Source: Fimbriosthenelais zetlandica (lineage: Eukaryota). From it: 64,000 nucleotides of DNA. The stretch lies in NCBI GenBank assembly GCA_977030845.1, contig OZ365111.1:15934001-15998000 (forward strand). Direction: 5' to 3'. The notes beneath the pieces were generated by a model. That model saw nothing but the letters and a program-made list of their open reading frames with translations. It made no database searches and had not been told where the DNA came from. How positions within the stretch are numbered: position 1 is the first letter of the stretch; every line of letters starts with the position of its first letter. The position numbers and the translations under genes are program-made. Shown here one piece after another: positions 38,301-50,850 of this stretch.

Positions 38301-41300
38301 TTAAGATACAGCATGGGTCGAAAATGACCCCTCTAGGTACATAGGGGGTTCAATTATACTAGGTATTGGAGGGAGATAGCCCCTTATTAACGACCAAGTA
38401 ATTAATATATATGCACTACCTTAGATCAATTATAATAGGAGGAAGGAGATAACCCCTGAACGACCAAGTGAAGAAGTAAAATATCGATTACTTTAGATCA
38501 CTTATAATAGGTAGTGGAGGGCAGATATCCCCTAAACGACCATGAGGGAAAACTAGTCATCATGTAATTGCTGCAATTACAGATATTTCATTTCACTTGT
38601 GGGCATGTTAATGGGGGTAGGAAAACCAGTGGAAGCATATGGAATTGAAATCTTGAGCCCAAACCACCCTGACTTACTTCTCATCCACCATAGATCAGTG
38701 GGCTACAAGCCATGCATGTGTCTAGCATGGCTCAGAGGGTTAAGGTCTTGGTCTTGAGATCCAATGGTAGTTGCAAGTGTGGGTTCGAATCCTGCTGTTG
38801 GCTTTTTTTTGTTGCCGATAATTTAAATTTTTTGTTTTTAATTAACACCCTTAATAAAATATGGATTGTCACAATATTTTATATTTGGATGTATTTGTCC
38901 ATCCCTCACATGTGTGAAGCATTTTTTCCATTTTTTACCCAAAGATGCCATGACGTCATTATGATGTCAATTATGACGTCAATTAAAAAATTGAAAACAT
39001 CATGATGACAAGAAGCCTCTAAAGAGTCCATATATGCACCTTGTCATTTGCCTGGACAATCCATTGTGACAATCCATATTTTATTGAGGGGGTTAATTAA
39101 AAAAAAAAATTAAAAAAAATATGGGAAAAAACCAAGCCAACAGCAGGATTCGAACACACACTTGCAACCACCATTGGATCTCAAGACCAACACCTAATAC
39201 CACTCGGCCATCAAGACTCCACAAACAAGCATGGCTTGTAGCCTAGAGGTATAATGACTTGGTCTTGAGATCCAATGGTGGTTGCAAGTGTGGGTTCGAA
39301 TCCTGCTGTTGGCTTGTTTTTTTCCCATATTTTTTTTTAAAAATTTATTTTTAATGAACAACCTTAATAAAATATGGATTTTCACAATATTTTATATTTG
39401 GACTTATCTGACCATCCCTCACATGTTTGAAGCATTTTTATCCACTTTTTACCAAAAGATGCCATGACGTCATTAAGATGTCATTATGACGTCAATTAAA
39501 AAATCATGATGACAAGAAGCCTCTAAAGGGTCCATAATGCAACTTGCCATTCACCTGGAATAACCAGTGACATGATTTTTCGTAGGCCAGATTTATGAAA
39601 AAACGGCCAATACATTTGCCCAGTTATGCCTGATTTTACATCATTTTATGACATGACATGACATGATATGAAAGTCAAACCTCCCACATTTGACCTCTTC
39701 TGACCATGCCTTACCTGTGTACCCAAAACCAGAATCCTGTCTCTAGTAGAAAGTCGATTTTAAGCCAATTGAAAATAGTAACCATGGTAATCTGTGATAT
39801 TTATGGCCAATAATGTCCAAGCCAGATCTAAGGATTTATTTTCCCCAACTTTCCCAACTCCCATTAATTTATAGGAGTTACAAATCATTGAATGACTGTC
39901 AAAGTTCACAATCTATATCATGAGCCAAACCACCCCTGACTTACTACTCATGCATCACATACAGATCAATTGGTACTGGGCTACAAGCCATGCTTATGTG
40001 TGCTGTCTCCATGGCCCAATGGATAAGCTGTTGGTCTTGTGATCCAATGGTGGTTGCAAGTGTGGGTTCGAATCCTGCTGCTGGCTTTGTTTTTTCCCAT
40101 ATTGAAATTTTTTTTTTTTTTAATTAACACCCTTAATAAAATATGGATTGTCACAATATTTTATATTTGGACATATATGACCATCCCTCACATGTTTGAA
40201 GCATTTTTTCCATTTTTTACCCAAAGATGCCATGACATCGTTAAGACGTCAATTATGACGTCATTATGACGTCAATTAAAAAATCAAACTAATCATGATG
40301 ACAAGAAGCCTCTAAAGGGTCCATAATGCAACTTGTCGTTCACCTGGAATAACCAGGCTAGGAGTAGATAGCATTTAAGTGATTGCATTTCATGTTAATT
40401 AGCTAATTAACAGACAGTAATTAGGCCACAGGTCAAATGATGGTACCAAATGATAGGGCATCAAGTACATGTTACCTGATACCAGTGACATGATTTTTGG
40501 TTGGCAATATTTCTGAAAAAAACAGCCAATACATTTTTCCAGTTATGCAAGTTTGACGTCATTTTATGACATGACATGACATGACATGAAAGTCAATCCT
40601 GCCACATTTGACATCTTCTGACCATGCTCTACCTGTGTACCAAAAACCAGATTCCTGTCTCTATTAGAAAGTCGATTTTAAGCCGATTTAAAATTTGTCT
40701 AACTACAACAATAATAAGAAGAAGAAGAAGAATAATAATAGTGTACAGAAACGCGGTGAAAAACTTGATTTCATTTCTCCCTGAGGAGAAATGAAATAAT
40801 AATGTATCCACTACCTTAGATCAATTATAATAGGTAGTGGAGGGAGATAGTCCCTAAACGACCACGTGAAGAAGTAAAATATCGATTACCTTAGATCAAT
40901 TATAATAGGTAGTGGAGGGAGATAGTTCCTAAACGACCAAGAGAGAAATCAAAATATCAATTGCCTCAGATCAATTATAATAGGTAGTGGAGGGAGATAA
41001 CCCCTAAACGACCAAGTGAAGAAGTAAAATATCAATTCCCTTAGATCGATTATAATAGGTAGAGGAGGGAGATAACCCCTAAACGACCAAATGACCAAGA
41101 CTACCTATTACATTATATTACAGGTCTAATAAGCCTCCACACCCATTGGGGAAAAATATTGATGACAATGTACTAATGTTTGCAGAGTACCAGACACGGA
41201 CTTTTGATGCTGTTGTTGAAATGTTACGGTGGTTTGCTGGACATCAAATTAGGAATGTAGCTGTGAGTATCAAACTGCTAAAATACTTTTTACCGGGGTC

Positions 41301-44300
41301 CTGTTATATAGATCTAATATTATACGATATGCATTAACCAGTGCCAGTAGTAAATTAGACAGTTATTGATCCGACTTCATTATGTTCACATTAATTCACA
41401 ATTATTTCGAACAATAATCAATGGAAGCACTCATGTGACATAATTATCTTTTTTCAATAACTGATATTAATAATAATTTAGGGAATGATTTTGAAACAGC
41501 TTTCTGTATGTGCTTTTGCTGTAGACCCTATGTTTATTTTGCTTCTATTTTTTGGTTTGTAAATTCAGATTTTTTTTGTATTTTTAGTCCATTGCTGGTA
41601 ATATCATGACTGCTAGTCCTATTTCTGACCTCAACCCTCTGTTCCTCGCTTCTGGTTGTACACTCAAGGTTGTCTCAAAAGGTTGGGTTATCAGTTTTTG
41701 CATATTTTTTTATGAGCAAGAAGTTACAAATTGCACGAAATAAACATGTACATTCATGTAGGCTTTGGTATAACATTAATTGTTTGCTAACACAAGTTAT
41801 AGGGTCCACAAGAAACAATGGATAATTTCTGGTACCGGTACTCATTCGAATAAATGCAAAATTGTGTAATGAATTTTATAATATACGGTACCATAAATGT
41901 AACTGACATGATATTTGATGTATTTTTAGAGGGCGGAGAAAAACAGGTGAAGATGGACAGAAATTTCTTCCTCGGCTACAGACGGACCACTCTCAAACCA
42001 GAAGACGTGCTAGTCTCGATTAACATACCTTTTACTAGACGGGTTCGTACATAGACATAGCAAAAATAGTGAATATTCAGTTGACGCCATATCGCCCAAG
42101 AGACACAAGAAGTCGTCAAAACTTCTTGCAGACGTCTGAACTTAAGACAAAGTTCATTTAGACATGTGTTAAAGGGTAACTAAAGGGACTAGACCCAACT
42201 ATTATGGATATCATATTAATCAATAAAAAAATAAATGGTTTCGTTACCCTTTAAATTTAATATTCATCCATCTAATCCACATAATTTATTATATCCACTT
42301 TTTCTTCAGAACGAGTATTTCCTTGGATTCAAGCAGGCTCAGAGACGGGAGGATGATATATCTATAGTAAACTCTGGCATGAGAGTCCTCCTAAACAATG
42401 ATTGCATGATTGAAGAGTTGGCTCTTAGCTTTGGTGGCATGGCTCCCATCACTGTCATGGCTCTCAACACCATGGACAAGTTAAAGGGAAGGTATGGAAG
42501 GCCCCAAATGAGTACTATTTTTATATTAGGGTCTTTGTACTCGTCACTTCAAACCTTGCACATCACTTCTTTAATTCTAATTAGTGACTTGCATATCAAT
42601 ATGGGTCTTCATTTCCTTACTTTTCCAATTATGATTGCCTTACCAAAACTTTAAAACTAATGGGAAACATTAAAACATGAAGAAATTAGGCGTATATTTA
42701 TCAGAGGGCGCCCCTGATCCCGAGATCTACAGATGTTTTTTTTAAGTAACTTGTTAAATATTTTTTTCACCAAAAACATGATACTAGTGTTTTCTCCCCA
42801 TTTAAGCTGAAATAATATCCGTTTTCCTTTCAGAGCCTGGGATAATTCTATGGTTGAAGATGCCTGTCGGTTGTTAGCAGAAGATATGCCTATGCCACCC
42901 GGAACCCCTGGAGGGATGGAAACTTACAGAAGGACGCTTACCACGAGCTTTTTCTACAAGTTCTACCTCACAGTGCTTGACCGCCTCCATAAGACAGGTA
43001 TGACTGAGGGGGTCAGCGAGAGGGAGAGAAGTGCCACAGATAAGTACAGCAGACCTGCTTCATGTGGCGTTCAGGTAGGTTGAAAAGCATTAGTTTCCGG
43101 AATAGGCTAATCGTTAATATAATAAACCGACTGTTATAATGGAAGAAATCTGCAATAGTTGACTGATTTTTCTAGCTAAATTTGACAGCTAAATTTTCTC
43201 AATTCATTGAGGAAGCTTCATACAACATTATAACAACACTTTTCCTCTGGTTTCCTGAGTAATAGTAGGCCTAATTATTCAGCTATTTCTAAAGCTCCTA
43301 TAAGCTTAATAAAGTGCTATTATAGAGCTTGAAGAAAATAGGTTGGAAAATCGAAGTACAGTAGAAAATTAATATTAACAAACTGAATAATTTTACTTCA
43401 ATTAGTACTGTTCACATGTGGTTTGGAGGGAAACATTTGTTTTCTAAGCTTTAAATGATATACCGGTTGATATAGATAAAAGAGGAACCAGGTCATGAGC
43501 AGTCAATTGATGACGCAGTTGGAAGATCGGTACCACACAAAACCTCCCAACAGCAGGCCACCGGAGAGGCACAGTATTGTGATGACATTCCCAGACGAGA
43601 TGGTAATGATCAGCCTACTTTTTGAATCAAAATTTAAAGCTCCAATATCACTCAACAGATTATTAGCGCTAAAGGTCAATTTATGTCGGTTTGACCTATA
43701 TTCATGCTGTTTAACCCAGATGATTTGCTGTGAAAATGAAAAGCTTAATATAAAGGTGCGCAAAATGTAAGTGATGCAGACTTGAACTATAATTCTGAGA
43801 TTATGTAGGCCTACAAAAGAAAGATTGGTAATGTAGTCACTTTAATAATAATGTCATGGCTTTATTAATTTTCATCGATCAAATTCATCGATACAAAGAC
43901 CAGATTTAAGATAGTAGTTTTCTTCCAGGTGAACTTTATGTTGCAATGGTCTATAGCAGTAAGGCTCATGCACGTCTACTGAAGGTTGATGCTACCCCAG
44001 CCTTGAACCTTCCTGGTGTCAAAGGATTCATCAGCAAGAAAGACATTCCTGGCTCTCCAAAAATTGGCGTTTTCAATGATGAACCTGTGTTTGCTGATGA
44101 TTTGGTGAGTCGGTTATTTATATGGCTATAGATCCTAATTTCTTTTGTCACAATAGGTCTCTTAGTAGGTCTATACAATGCTTTCTGCTACAGTTAGTAC
44201 ATGGGGGATGCCTTTATTAAACCTTGTAATGCCAGCATTGGCAGGAATCATGCCGCGATTGTCAGTCAACGAATGATGCCACTATTGGCTGGATGGTATG

Positions 44301-47300
44301 ATGCCACCATTGACTGGCAGGGAATGATGCCATGATTGACAGGCAGGGAATCATGCCATCATTGGCCGGCAGGTAATTCATGCCGCCATTGCATATGGCT
44401 GGCAAGGAATCATGCCATCATTGGCTGGAGGAAATGATGCCACTATTGGCAGGCAGTGTATGATGCCATCATTGGCTGGAGGGAATCATTATTTGGCTCT
44501 CAACGAATGGTGTCAACATTGGCCGGAGGGTATGATGCTACTATGGGGTGGTAGGGAATCATGCCACCATATATAGACTGGCAGGGAATTATGCCACCAT
44601 TATAGCTAGCAGGGAATCCTGCCACCTTTGGCTGGCAGTGAATCATGCAAACAATTGGCTAGCAGGGAATCATGTCACCGTTGACAGGAAATCAATTGAG
44701 GTCGTAGATATTTCAGAGCCCTTGCTTGTTATAGGTTTTCTTTGAGGGTATGGTGATTGGTGCTATCGTGGCTGAAAATCAGATGCAGGCCCAGCTTGCT
44801 GCCAAGGCTGTCATTGTGGAATATGAAGAATTTAAACCCATCATTACAGTGGAGGTGAGTCAATGACTTTTTTTTTAGAATTTCCTTTTGCCAATTCAGG
44901 GTTGACTTCAGTATATTGATCTATGTCAAGGTTGAATTATTCAGGCTTGATCTCATTAGGCCTATATTTCTAGGCCAATCTTAGTACGAAGGATCTAAAA
45001 AAAAATGTAATTGCAATTTCAGGACGCCGTAGAGGCTAATTCATTCCATGGAGAGAATATGTCCATCATACAGGGCGATTATGAAGCTGCTTTGAAAGCA
45101 GCTGACTATACCTTGGAAGGCACGTTGCGAATTGGTGGGCAAGAACATTTCTACCTAGAGACGCAAGCCTCTCTGGTTATCCCTCGTGGAGAAGATAATG
45201 AATTTGAGATCTTCTGCAGCACACAGGCACCAACTCATTCTCAGGTAACAATTAGGGAGAAGATCTTGCAGTATCATCTGATACTATAGTGCAAAAATCT
45301 TTCTGGTCACACCTTTCGTATTTTACTATTAGATCAATGTGTGGTTAGCCATAATTATCTGTTTTATTGATAACAATTATTTTGTATAATCTTTTTGTAG
45401 ACTGAAGTTAGTAAGGCACTTGGAATCCCAATGAATAGAGTAAATATTCGGACAAAAAGACTAGGTTTGTTTATTTATAGACCTATAATAATATAATTTG
45501 CATATGCGTAGATTTGCATATTAAAAAATGATGTTTTGAGACACTATTAAATTAACTAATGTAGTTTCATTTGGGCATTTCTCAATTTCAATTTTTCAAA
45601 TTTTTATCTTTGTGTTATATTATATTTGTTTTATATTAATTCAGGGGGAGGATTCGGTGGCAAAGAGACTGAGACAAATTACCCTTTGATACCTGCAGCT
45701 ATTGCCGCCTACAAGTATGTGCCATGCTATAAGCTATAATGTATTCTTAATATAAATTTGATATTGTCAAAAACTGAAAATAACTGAAAGGACTCTTTTG
45801 GAGTCAGGAGGACTATTGACGTGAAAGCGTAATTACCTACTATTTACTCTTGTTTAGTAATGTGCCTGCATGATTTTATTTAAAATTTAAACTTTCAGAT
45901 TCAACCGTCCTGTACGAGGGATGCTCGATCGGGATGAGGATATGGCCATCACTGGAACAAGACACCCTATGCTCTGCCAGTACAAGGTACGCGTAAATAA
46001 TTTACATTTTTAACCCCATTCATTATCATTGAGGTGATGCAGGCGTCTGATATCAATTTGAATGACTGAAGTGAATCCCTTATAATTAATCAATTTGAAT
46101 GACTGAAGTGAATCCCTTATAATTTATTTAATATAACCATAAGAACCTTTTTCGGATCATCTATACAGCTGTTTCCCCTTTGTTCCAGGTTGGCTATAAT
46201 AAGGATGGAAAGATTGTAGCAGTATTCATGCAGGTTTACAGCAATGCTGGTCACTCCAAAGACCTTTCATTTTCCGTTAGTAACTTTCTTATTATAGCCC
46301 CATCTTAATACATCATGAGTGACTGCAGGGGCGGATCCTCTGGGAGGGGAACCAAAGATAAAAAAACTGGAGTTGTTAAAAAGCCGGAAGTCAAGATTGC
46401 ATTCCAAAATTATTCACTTCTGGAGCGTTTGCGAAAAAGAAATTGTGCACTCCAACCTTTTGAAATTCCTTGGTCCGCCTCTGCATATTTTATTTCACAG
46501 TTAAAAGTCTATGGGATAACATTTGTAGATTGTGTTTTTTTGATTTTTTATTATTTATGTACATATATTATATATTTTTCATATTATATTAACCCCCTTT
46601 TCTAGGGTGGCCCTGTGTAACATTGGAGGGAATTTTGATATACATATATATATATGCTACATGCAGCCTATAAGCAAACTCTGCTGTCTTGCTTCACAGG
46701 TGTTGGAGCGAGTCTTGTACCATGCAGACAGTGCGTACAAAATCCCCAACATGGCAGTGTTTGGTCGTCTCTGTAAGACCAACCTGAGTTCAAACACAGC
46801 TTTCCGTGGTTTTGGAGCTCCACAAGGCATGTTCTTCATGGAAAGTATTGTGTCGGAAGTCGCTCTGGCTCTAAACATGCATGCTGAGGAGGTTAGTAAG
46901 GTTTATTTTCGCATGCTTTTTACATACTCTCATTGAACTACTGTAATAGCATGTCTATTTTTGCCGCTTAATGCCTGGAACTGACCAGAGCGTTTTTGTG
47001 GTCGCCCTCAAGGCACAGGCGTCTTTGGTTTGTTTCTTTGATTATTTTATTGCAATTCAATATTCCCCAATAGGACATATACATTTTGGATTGGGTATAT
47101 AATTTAAGGTGAGAGACAAAAACCTGCTAGAAAAGGGTGACCTCACCTATTTCAACTCAGAGATGGAAGATGATCACATCCGCAGGTGTTGGGACAATGT
47201 TCTTGCAGATGTTAATGTTCAGGAAAGACGGAAACTCATTGATGACTTCAACAGGTACGATTCTTCACTTTCCTAATTATAGACTTATTTTCTAGGCATA

Positions 47301-50300
47301 CTTATAGATAGGCCTACTTAGGCCTACTTTGATTTTACTAAAAATTATAGCCTTCTAATTATGTCAGCAGAGGAATTCCTAAACGTGATAATTCGCCCTA
47401 AAATCTGTCGAACAAAATGGCTAGTTTTGCAACAATCTTTTCCACAAGACGCCACTTGTAGGTTATGTTATAGTGGTATAGTGAGGGACAAAGTTGGAAA
47501 AAATGTAATATTTTCAGAAATTCTGAGTAGAATACATGTAGTTATATTACTGATTTCAGGAGAAATCGATGGAAGAAACGTGGGTTGGCTGCGGTCCCTA
47601 CAAAGTTTGGCATCGCCTTCACACATTGGGTATTGAATCAAGTAAGTCGGGTCCTTCAGTTCCACCTTTCAGACAAATCAGGTCCTTTGGTTTCAACTAA
47701 GCTTTTAGTCTTTTCTAAAACCTCCTCTCAGTCAACTCCAGATTTATTAACAAATTTAGTATAAATTTATTAATTATAAGTTATTTCCAGGTCTAAATTC
47801 CCTCTATTGTTTGCAGACTGGTGCTTTGGTACATGTATACCAGGATGGTTCTGTGTTTGTATCCCATGGTGGAGTTGAAATGGGACAAGGCCTACATACA
47901 AAAATATTACAGGTAAAGTTGTGGACTATCTGTTTTAAATTGTGACATTGGACGGTGCCAGCATTCTCGTTGAGGATTCCTACAATTTTGGTCAATTACA
48001 ATAAACACATGCATGTAAATTATAATTATTTTCAGGTCACTAGCCGGGCACTCGGTGTTCCTATTGAGAAGATCTTTATTATGGAAACTAATACAGCCTC
48101 CGTCCCTAACACATCTGCCACGGCTGCGAGTTCAGGATCAGATCTAAATGGCATGGCTGTTTTGGTAAGTACAGGGTATTTCTATTAAGAAGTATATGCA
48201 CTAGACCTATACTATATAGCAAAAATTTAATGAATTTTGTTGAAATATATAAGCTATAATATTATGAACTATGATGCAACGCATCTGCCTTCTGAAACAG
48301 TCCACCTTTAGTGCATTGCCGAGCAGGATGTTTTAGTACTAGGCCTAACCTAGCTACAATTACAATTGTATTTCTTGGGACTACTGTAAAAGGTGCATAC
48401 ACCCTCTAAAATAGTCTACTGCTGTTCATTTATTTATTTTTTGGGGGATCAATTTATTGACTTGGATTTATTCACCCTGCAGTACGCGTGTGATACCATC
48501 AAGAAGCGGTTAGAACCTGTCATGGCAGAACACCCAGATGCAACATGGGAAGAACTGGTAAAGGCCTTTTGTGAATTTTTTAAAAGTTAAAAATTCTTTG
48601 AGAAAATAACTATGTGATATTTGTGATTTACCGAATTATGATATGATCGATTTCTCAACTTCACTTGTGAAAATACTTGACCCGGTACATGTATATTTTT
48701 CTGGCTAATAATAATTTTAAAATCCTCTATAGATTGTCCATGCGTACAACAGCCAAATCAGTCTCTCATCAACTGGATTCTTCAGGTAATTTCTCGTTAT
48801 AGGCCTACGATCATACTTATAGGCATATATAATTATTGTCATATATTTATTCCTGAAGGATTTCATTGTAGGAAGTGTGTTTTAGTGAAATTAAATTATG
48901 TACCATTTTCCTATACAGATTTGTCTCATTTAGTATTCTCTATCTTGTTTCCGATACAGGGTTGATGGGTTGAACTATGACTGGAAGAAAAACTGTGGAC
49001 GGCCTTTCCTTTATTTCACCGTGGGAGCTGCGGTCAGTGAGGTGGAAATTGACTGTCTTACAGGAGACCATACAGTAAGTATCGCTTGTATTAATTGCTA
49101 GTAAATTCTGATTTCGCCAAATCAGTATGATTTAAAGGGTCACCCACACCTTATATTATTTGAAGCGGGTCATGCTCTCCAGTGACCAGCACGAAAAACA
49201 GAGTAATTAATGTTCAATCATCCTGATGAATAATAAATATTTGTTCACGTTCCATCCTATTTGCATTAAGCCAAGTATGGCCTACAAACAATAGGTCTAT
49301 AGTAAAATGTAGAGTGGATAATAGTGTGGCTAATATACTTTCTGATTCCACATGTTGCAACTTTTGCATCAATTAGACCTAGAGCTATGTCATAACCTAC
49401 TGCTGAGAAATTTTTGATAAAATGTTATTTCTCTTGCAAGGTTTTGCGCACAGACATCGTAATGGACGTTGGTCAAAGTTTGAATCCAGCAATTGATATT
49501 GGGCAAATCGAAGGAGGATTCATTCAGGTGACATCCCAAAGTCGAATAATAACAATAGTATTCTTTGTCACAGTAATGTAAAATAAGATTGCGCAATAAG
49601 ATTTCCTCTATTTAATTTCTTCCGAACATTTCATTATAATATTGCTTAAAATTTCAGGGTTATGGTCTGTTCACTTTGGAGTTCCAGCGCTACTCACCCA
49701 AGGGATTTTTGTACAGTAAAGGACCAGGGGCGTACAAAATACCTGGTTTTGGCAATATTCCCATTGAATTTAACGTCTCGCTCTTGAAAAGCTCCCACAA
49801 TAAAAGGGCTGTGTATTCATCAAAGGTGAGATTCTAAATAAGGTATCAATGGCCTGTAAGTAAAGTTAGTGGGAAGTATGAAACTGTTGCAGTAAGCCTG
49901 CATGAGAATTTAAATATCGATTTGGCATCTACTGCCTCCACCCCCCACCTCAACATAGCTCATCCCTTTTTTTTCAATTAATTTATATTTTCTTTCAGGC
50001 CATAGGAGAGCCACCCTTGTTTTTGGCTTCCACGGTTTTCTTTGCTATTAAGGATGCCATCAGTGTTGCTCGGCGCGAGTCGGGTATCACAGGGCCCTTC
50101 ACTTTGAATAGTCCCGCAACATCCTGGACCATCCGCATGGCATGTAAAGACAGATTCACTGACCAGGTAACTACTATGACATATATATTAGTTATAAGCT
50201 CCTTTTTGTACACTGATTTGGTGGTTTTCGTTGACTATTGCTTCAAATCGCGCTGGGTTTATTATTTTATTATTCGCTGCAATGACATCCACCTTCCCCC

Positions 50301-50564
50301 ACCTCAAGTTTAAACACCTCTCACTGAGAGTCTCAGGCTTGACTTATCCTGTCTCCATCCACAATATAATATAAAGTTAATTGACTTTACTTTTTATAAA
50401 GAAAAGTAATTAGGGGCCTGAATATACCAATATACCGTATCCAAACTTTCAACGCCAACAACCTATAGATTAAAATATTAAAGACTTGTACCTGGTATTC
50501 TATTCTCTTACAGTTCCCGGAGGCTGAACCTGGATCATCTACTCCGTGGTTTGTCTATCTGTAA
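29328..50564 (+). CDS. XDH: Xanthine dehydrogenase/oxidase (2Fe-2S, FAD and molybdopterin domains), 35 exons
   Basis: Exons: 29328-29378, 31872-31929, 33354-33450, 33994-34102, 34813-34939, 36194-36255, 36489-36551, 36658-36741, 37733-37874, 38002-38169, 41186-41262, 41588-41681, 41930-42042, 42310-42491, 42834-43074, 43476-43602, 43929-44104, 44735-44854, 45023-45244, 45401-45464, 45645-45714, 45899-45986, 46189-46275, 46700-46891, 47109-47254, 47560-47641, 47817-47912, 48036-48164, 48483-48557, 48733-48785, 48960-49074, 49441-49527, 49658-49825, 49999-50166, 50514-50564 (TAA). All phases join. Motifs: [90 protein letters not shown]. Equivalents of bovine E802, R880, F914, F1009, T1010 and E1261 are present, which favours XDH over aldehyde oxidase. 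Confidence 0.97.
29391..29575. mobile_element. MITE with ~19-bp TIRs at the start of XDH intron 1
   Basis: ttaagaggttaaaccacga ... tcgtggtataacctcttaa; TTAA at both ends. Confidence 0.65.
29579..29989. mobile_element. ~410-bp MITE with ~37-bp TIRs (copy 1)
   Basis: atgtgacgtgttttcactaaatgagtctaaagccgca ... tgcgactttagactcatttaatgaaaacacatcacat; a second copy lies at 33557-33888. Confidence 0.85.
31930..33353 (+). other. U12-type (minor spliceosome) GT-AG intron, XDH intron 2
   Basis: 5' site GTATCCTTT (U12 consensus). Branch-point-like TCCTTAAA at 33338-33345, about 8 nt before the AG, with no polypyrimidine tract. Confidence 0.85.
32506..32592. mobile_element. Short CAGGGGCGGAT-type MITE
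   Basis: Termini caggggcggat / atccgcgcctg. Confidence 0.55.
33557..33888. mobile_element. Second, internally deleted copy of the 29579-29989 MITE (XDH intron 3)
   Basis: Collinear similarity over both TIRs and the interior, lacking a ~70-bp internal block. Confidence 0.8.
35030..36135 (-). mobile_element. 5'-truncated CR1-group LINE (C-terminus of the RT ORF, 3' UTR, A-rich tail) in XDH intron 5
   Basis: ORF 35382-36032 has [19 protein letters not shown] and [12 protein letters not shown]. The 3' UTR has a 71-bp tandem duplication (35179-35310) and ends in an A-rich tail (T-rich on + at ~35030-35060). Confidence 0.88.
38340..38542. repeat. ~75-bp minisatellite, left block (~3 copies)
   Basis: Unit ccttagatcaattataataggtagtggagggagata..ccctaaacgaccaagtgaagaagtaaaatatcgatta. 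Confidence 0.85.
38654..39056 (+). mobile_element. tRNA-derived SINE-like repeat, copy A
   Basis: tRNA-like head ~38725-38801 (ggtcttgagatccaatgg...gggttcgaatcc) resembles the tRNA-Leu(TAA) family; followed by a T-tract and a shared body. Confidence 0.75.
39063..39243 (-). mobile_element. tRNA-derived SINE-like repeat, inverted truncated copy B
   Basis: Reverse complement reads gatggccgagtggtattaggtgttggtcttgagatccaatggtggttgcaagtgtgtgttcgaatcc (A and B boxes). Confidence 0.75.
39245..39770 (+). mobile_element. tRNA-derived SINE-like repeat, copy C with 3' extension
   Basis: Same head and body as copy A; extension 39560-39770 is repeated at 40483-40690. Confidence 0.75.
39921..40690 (+). 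mobile_element. tRNA-derived SINE-like repeat, copy D with leader and 3' extension
   Basis: Leader tgagccaaaccacccctgacttact...gggctacaagccatgc shared with copy A; head ~40010-40085. Confidence 0.75.
40808..41090. repeat. 75-bp minisatellite, right block (~4 copies)
   Basis: Unit starts at 40814, 40889, 40964 and 41039 (period 75); same unit as 38340-38542. Confidence 0.9.
44235..44690. repeat. Degenerate ~26-bp minisatellite in XDH intron 17 (~17 copies)
   Basis: Consensus about ggcagggaatcatgccaccattggct. Confidence 0.85.
46052..46123. repeat. Perfect 37-bp tandem duplication in XDH intron 22
   Basis: atcaatttgaatgactgaagtgaatcccttataatt occurs twice. Confidence 0.9.
46326..46483. mobile_element. 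CAGGGGCGGA-type MITE in XDH intron 23
   Basis: Termini caggggcggatcc / ggtccgcctctg. Confidence 0.6.
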
Positions 50565-50668
50565 GCAAATGTAAGAGACCAAGACGTCATCTTTAGAGTG
50601 ACATTCATAGCCCTAATGATTTTGCTCGATCATATGACTAAGTTAGGTCCATAAATTGGATATAATTA

Positions 50669-50850
50669 CCGTATTTGCCGGTGTCTAAACCTCACCTGAC
50701 TATAAAAACCGCACGCCCTAGCCGCTCAGGTTAAGATCAATATATAAACCGCTGGTTTGTAAAGAAATCCGTATAAAAATCGCTTTGATGTATTAACCGC
50801 AGGCCCGAATTTTTAAATAAAAGTTGCGGCTTATACACCGGGAAATACGG
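50669..50850. mobile_element. Tc1/mariner-pogo-type MITE with TA target duplication, in the XDH 3' region
   Basis: ta|ccgtatttgccggtgt ... acaccgggaaatacgg|ta. Confidence 0.8.

Noticed and set aside
38720-40090. Possible functional tRNA genes (Leu/Ser-like)
   Set aside because: Acceptor stems do not pair, the anticodon stem is mismatched, and each head is fused to a shared repeat body; these are tRNA-derived repeats.
40808-41090. Regularly spaced repeats resembling a CRISPR array
   Set aside because: The whole 75-bp unit repeats with no unique spacers, there are no cas genes, and it lies in a eukaryotic intron; it is a minisatellite.
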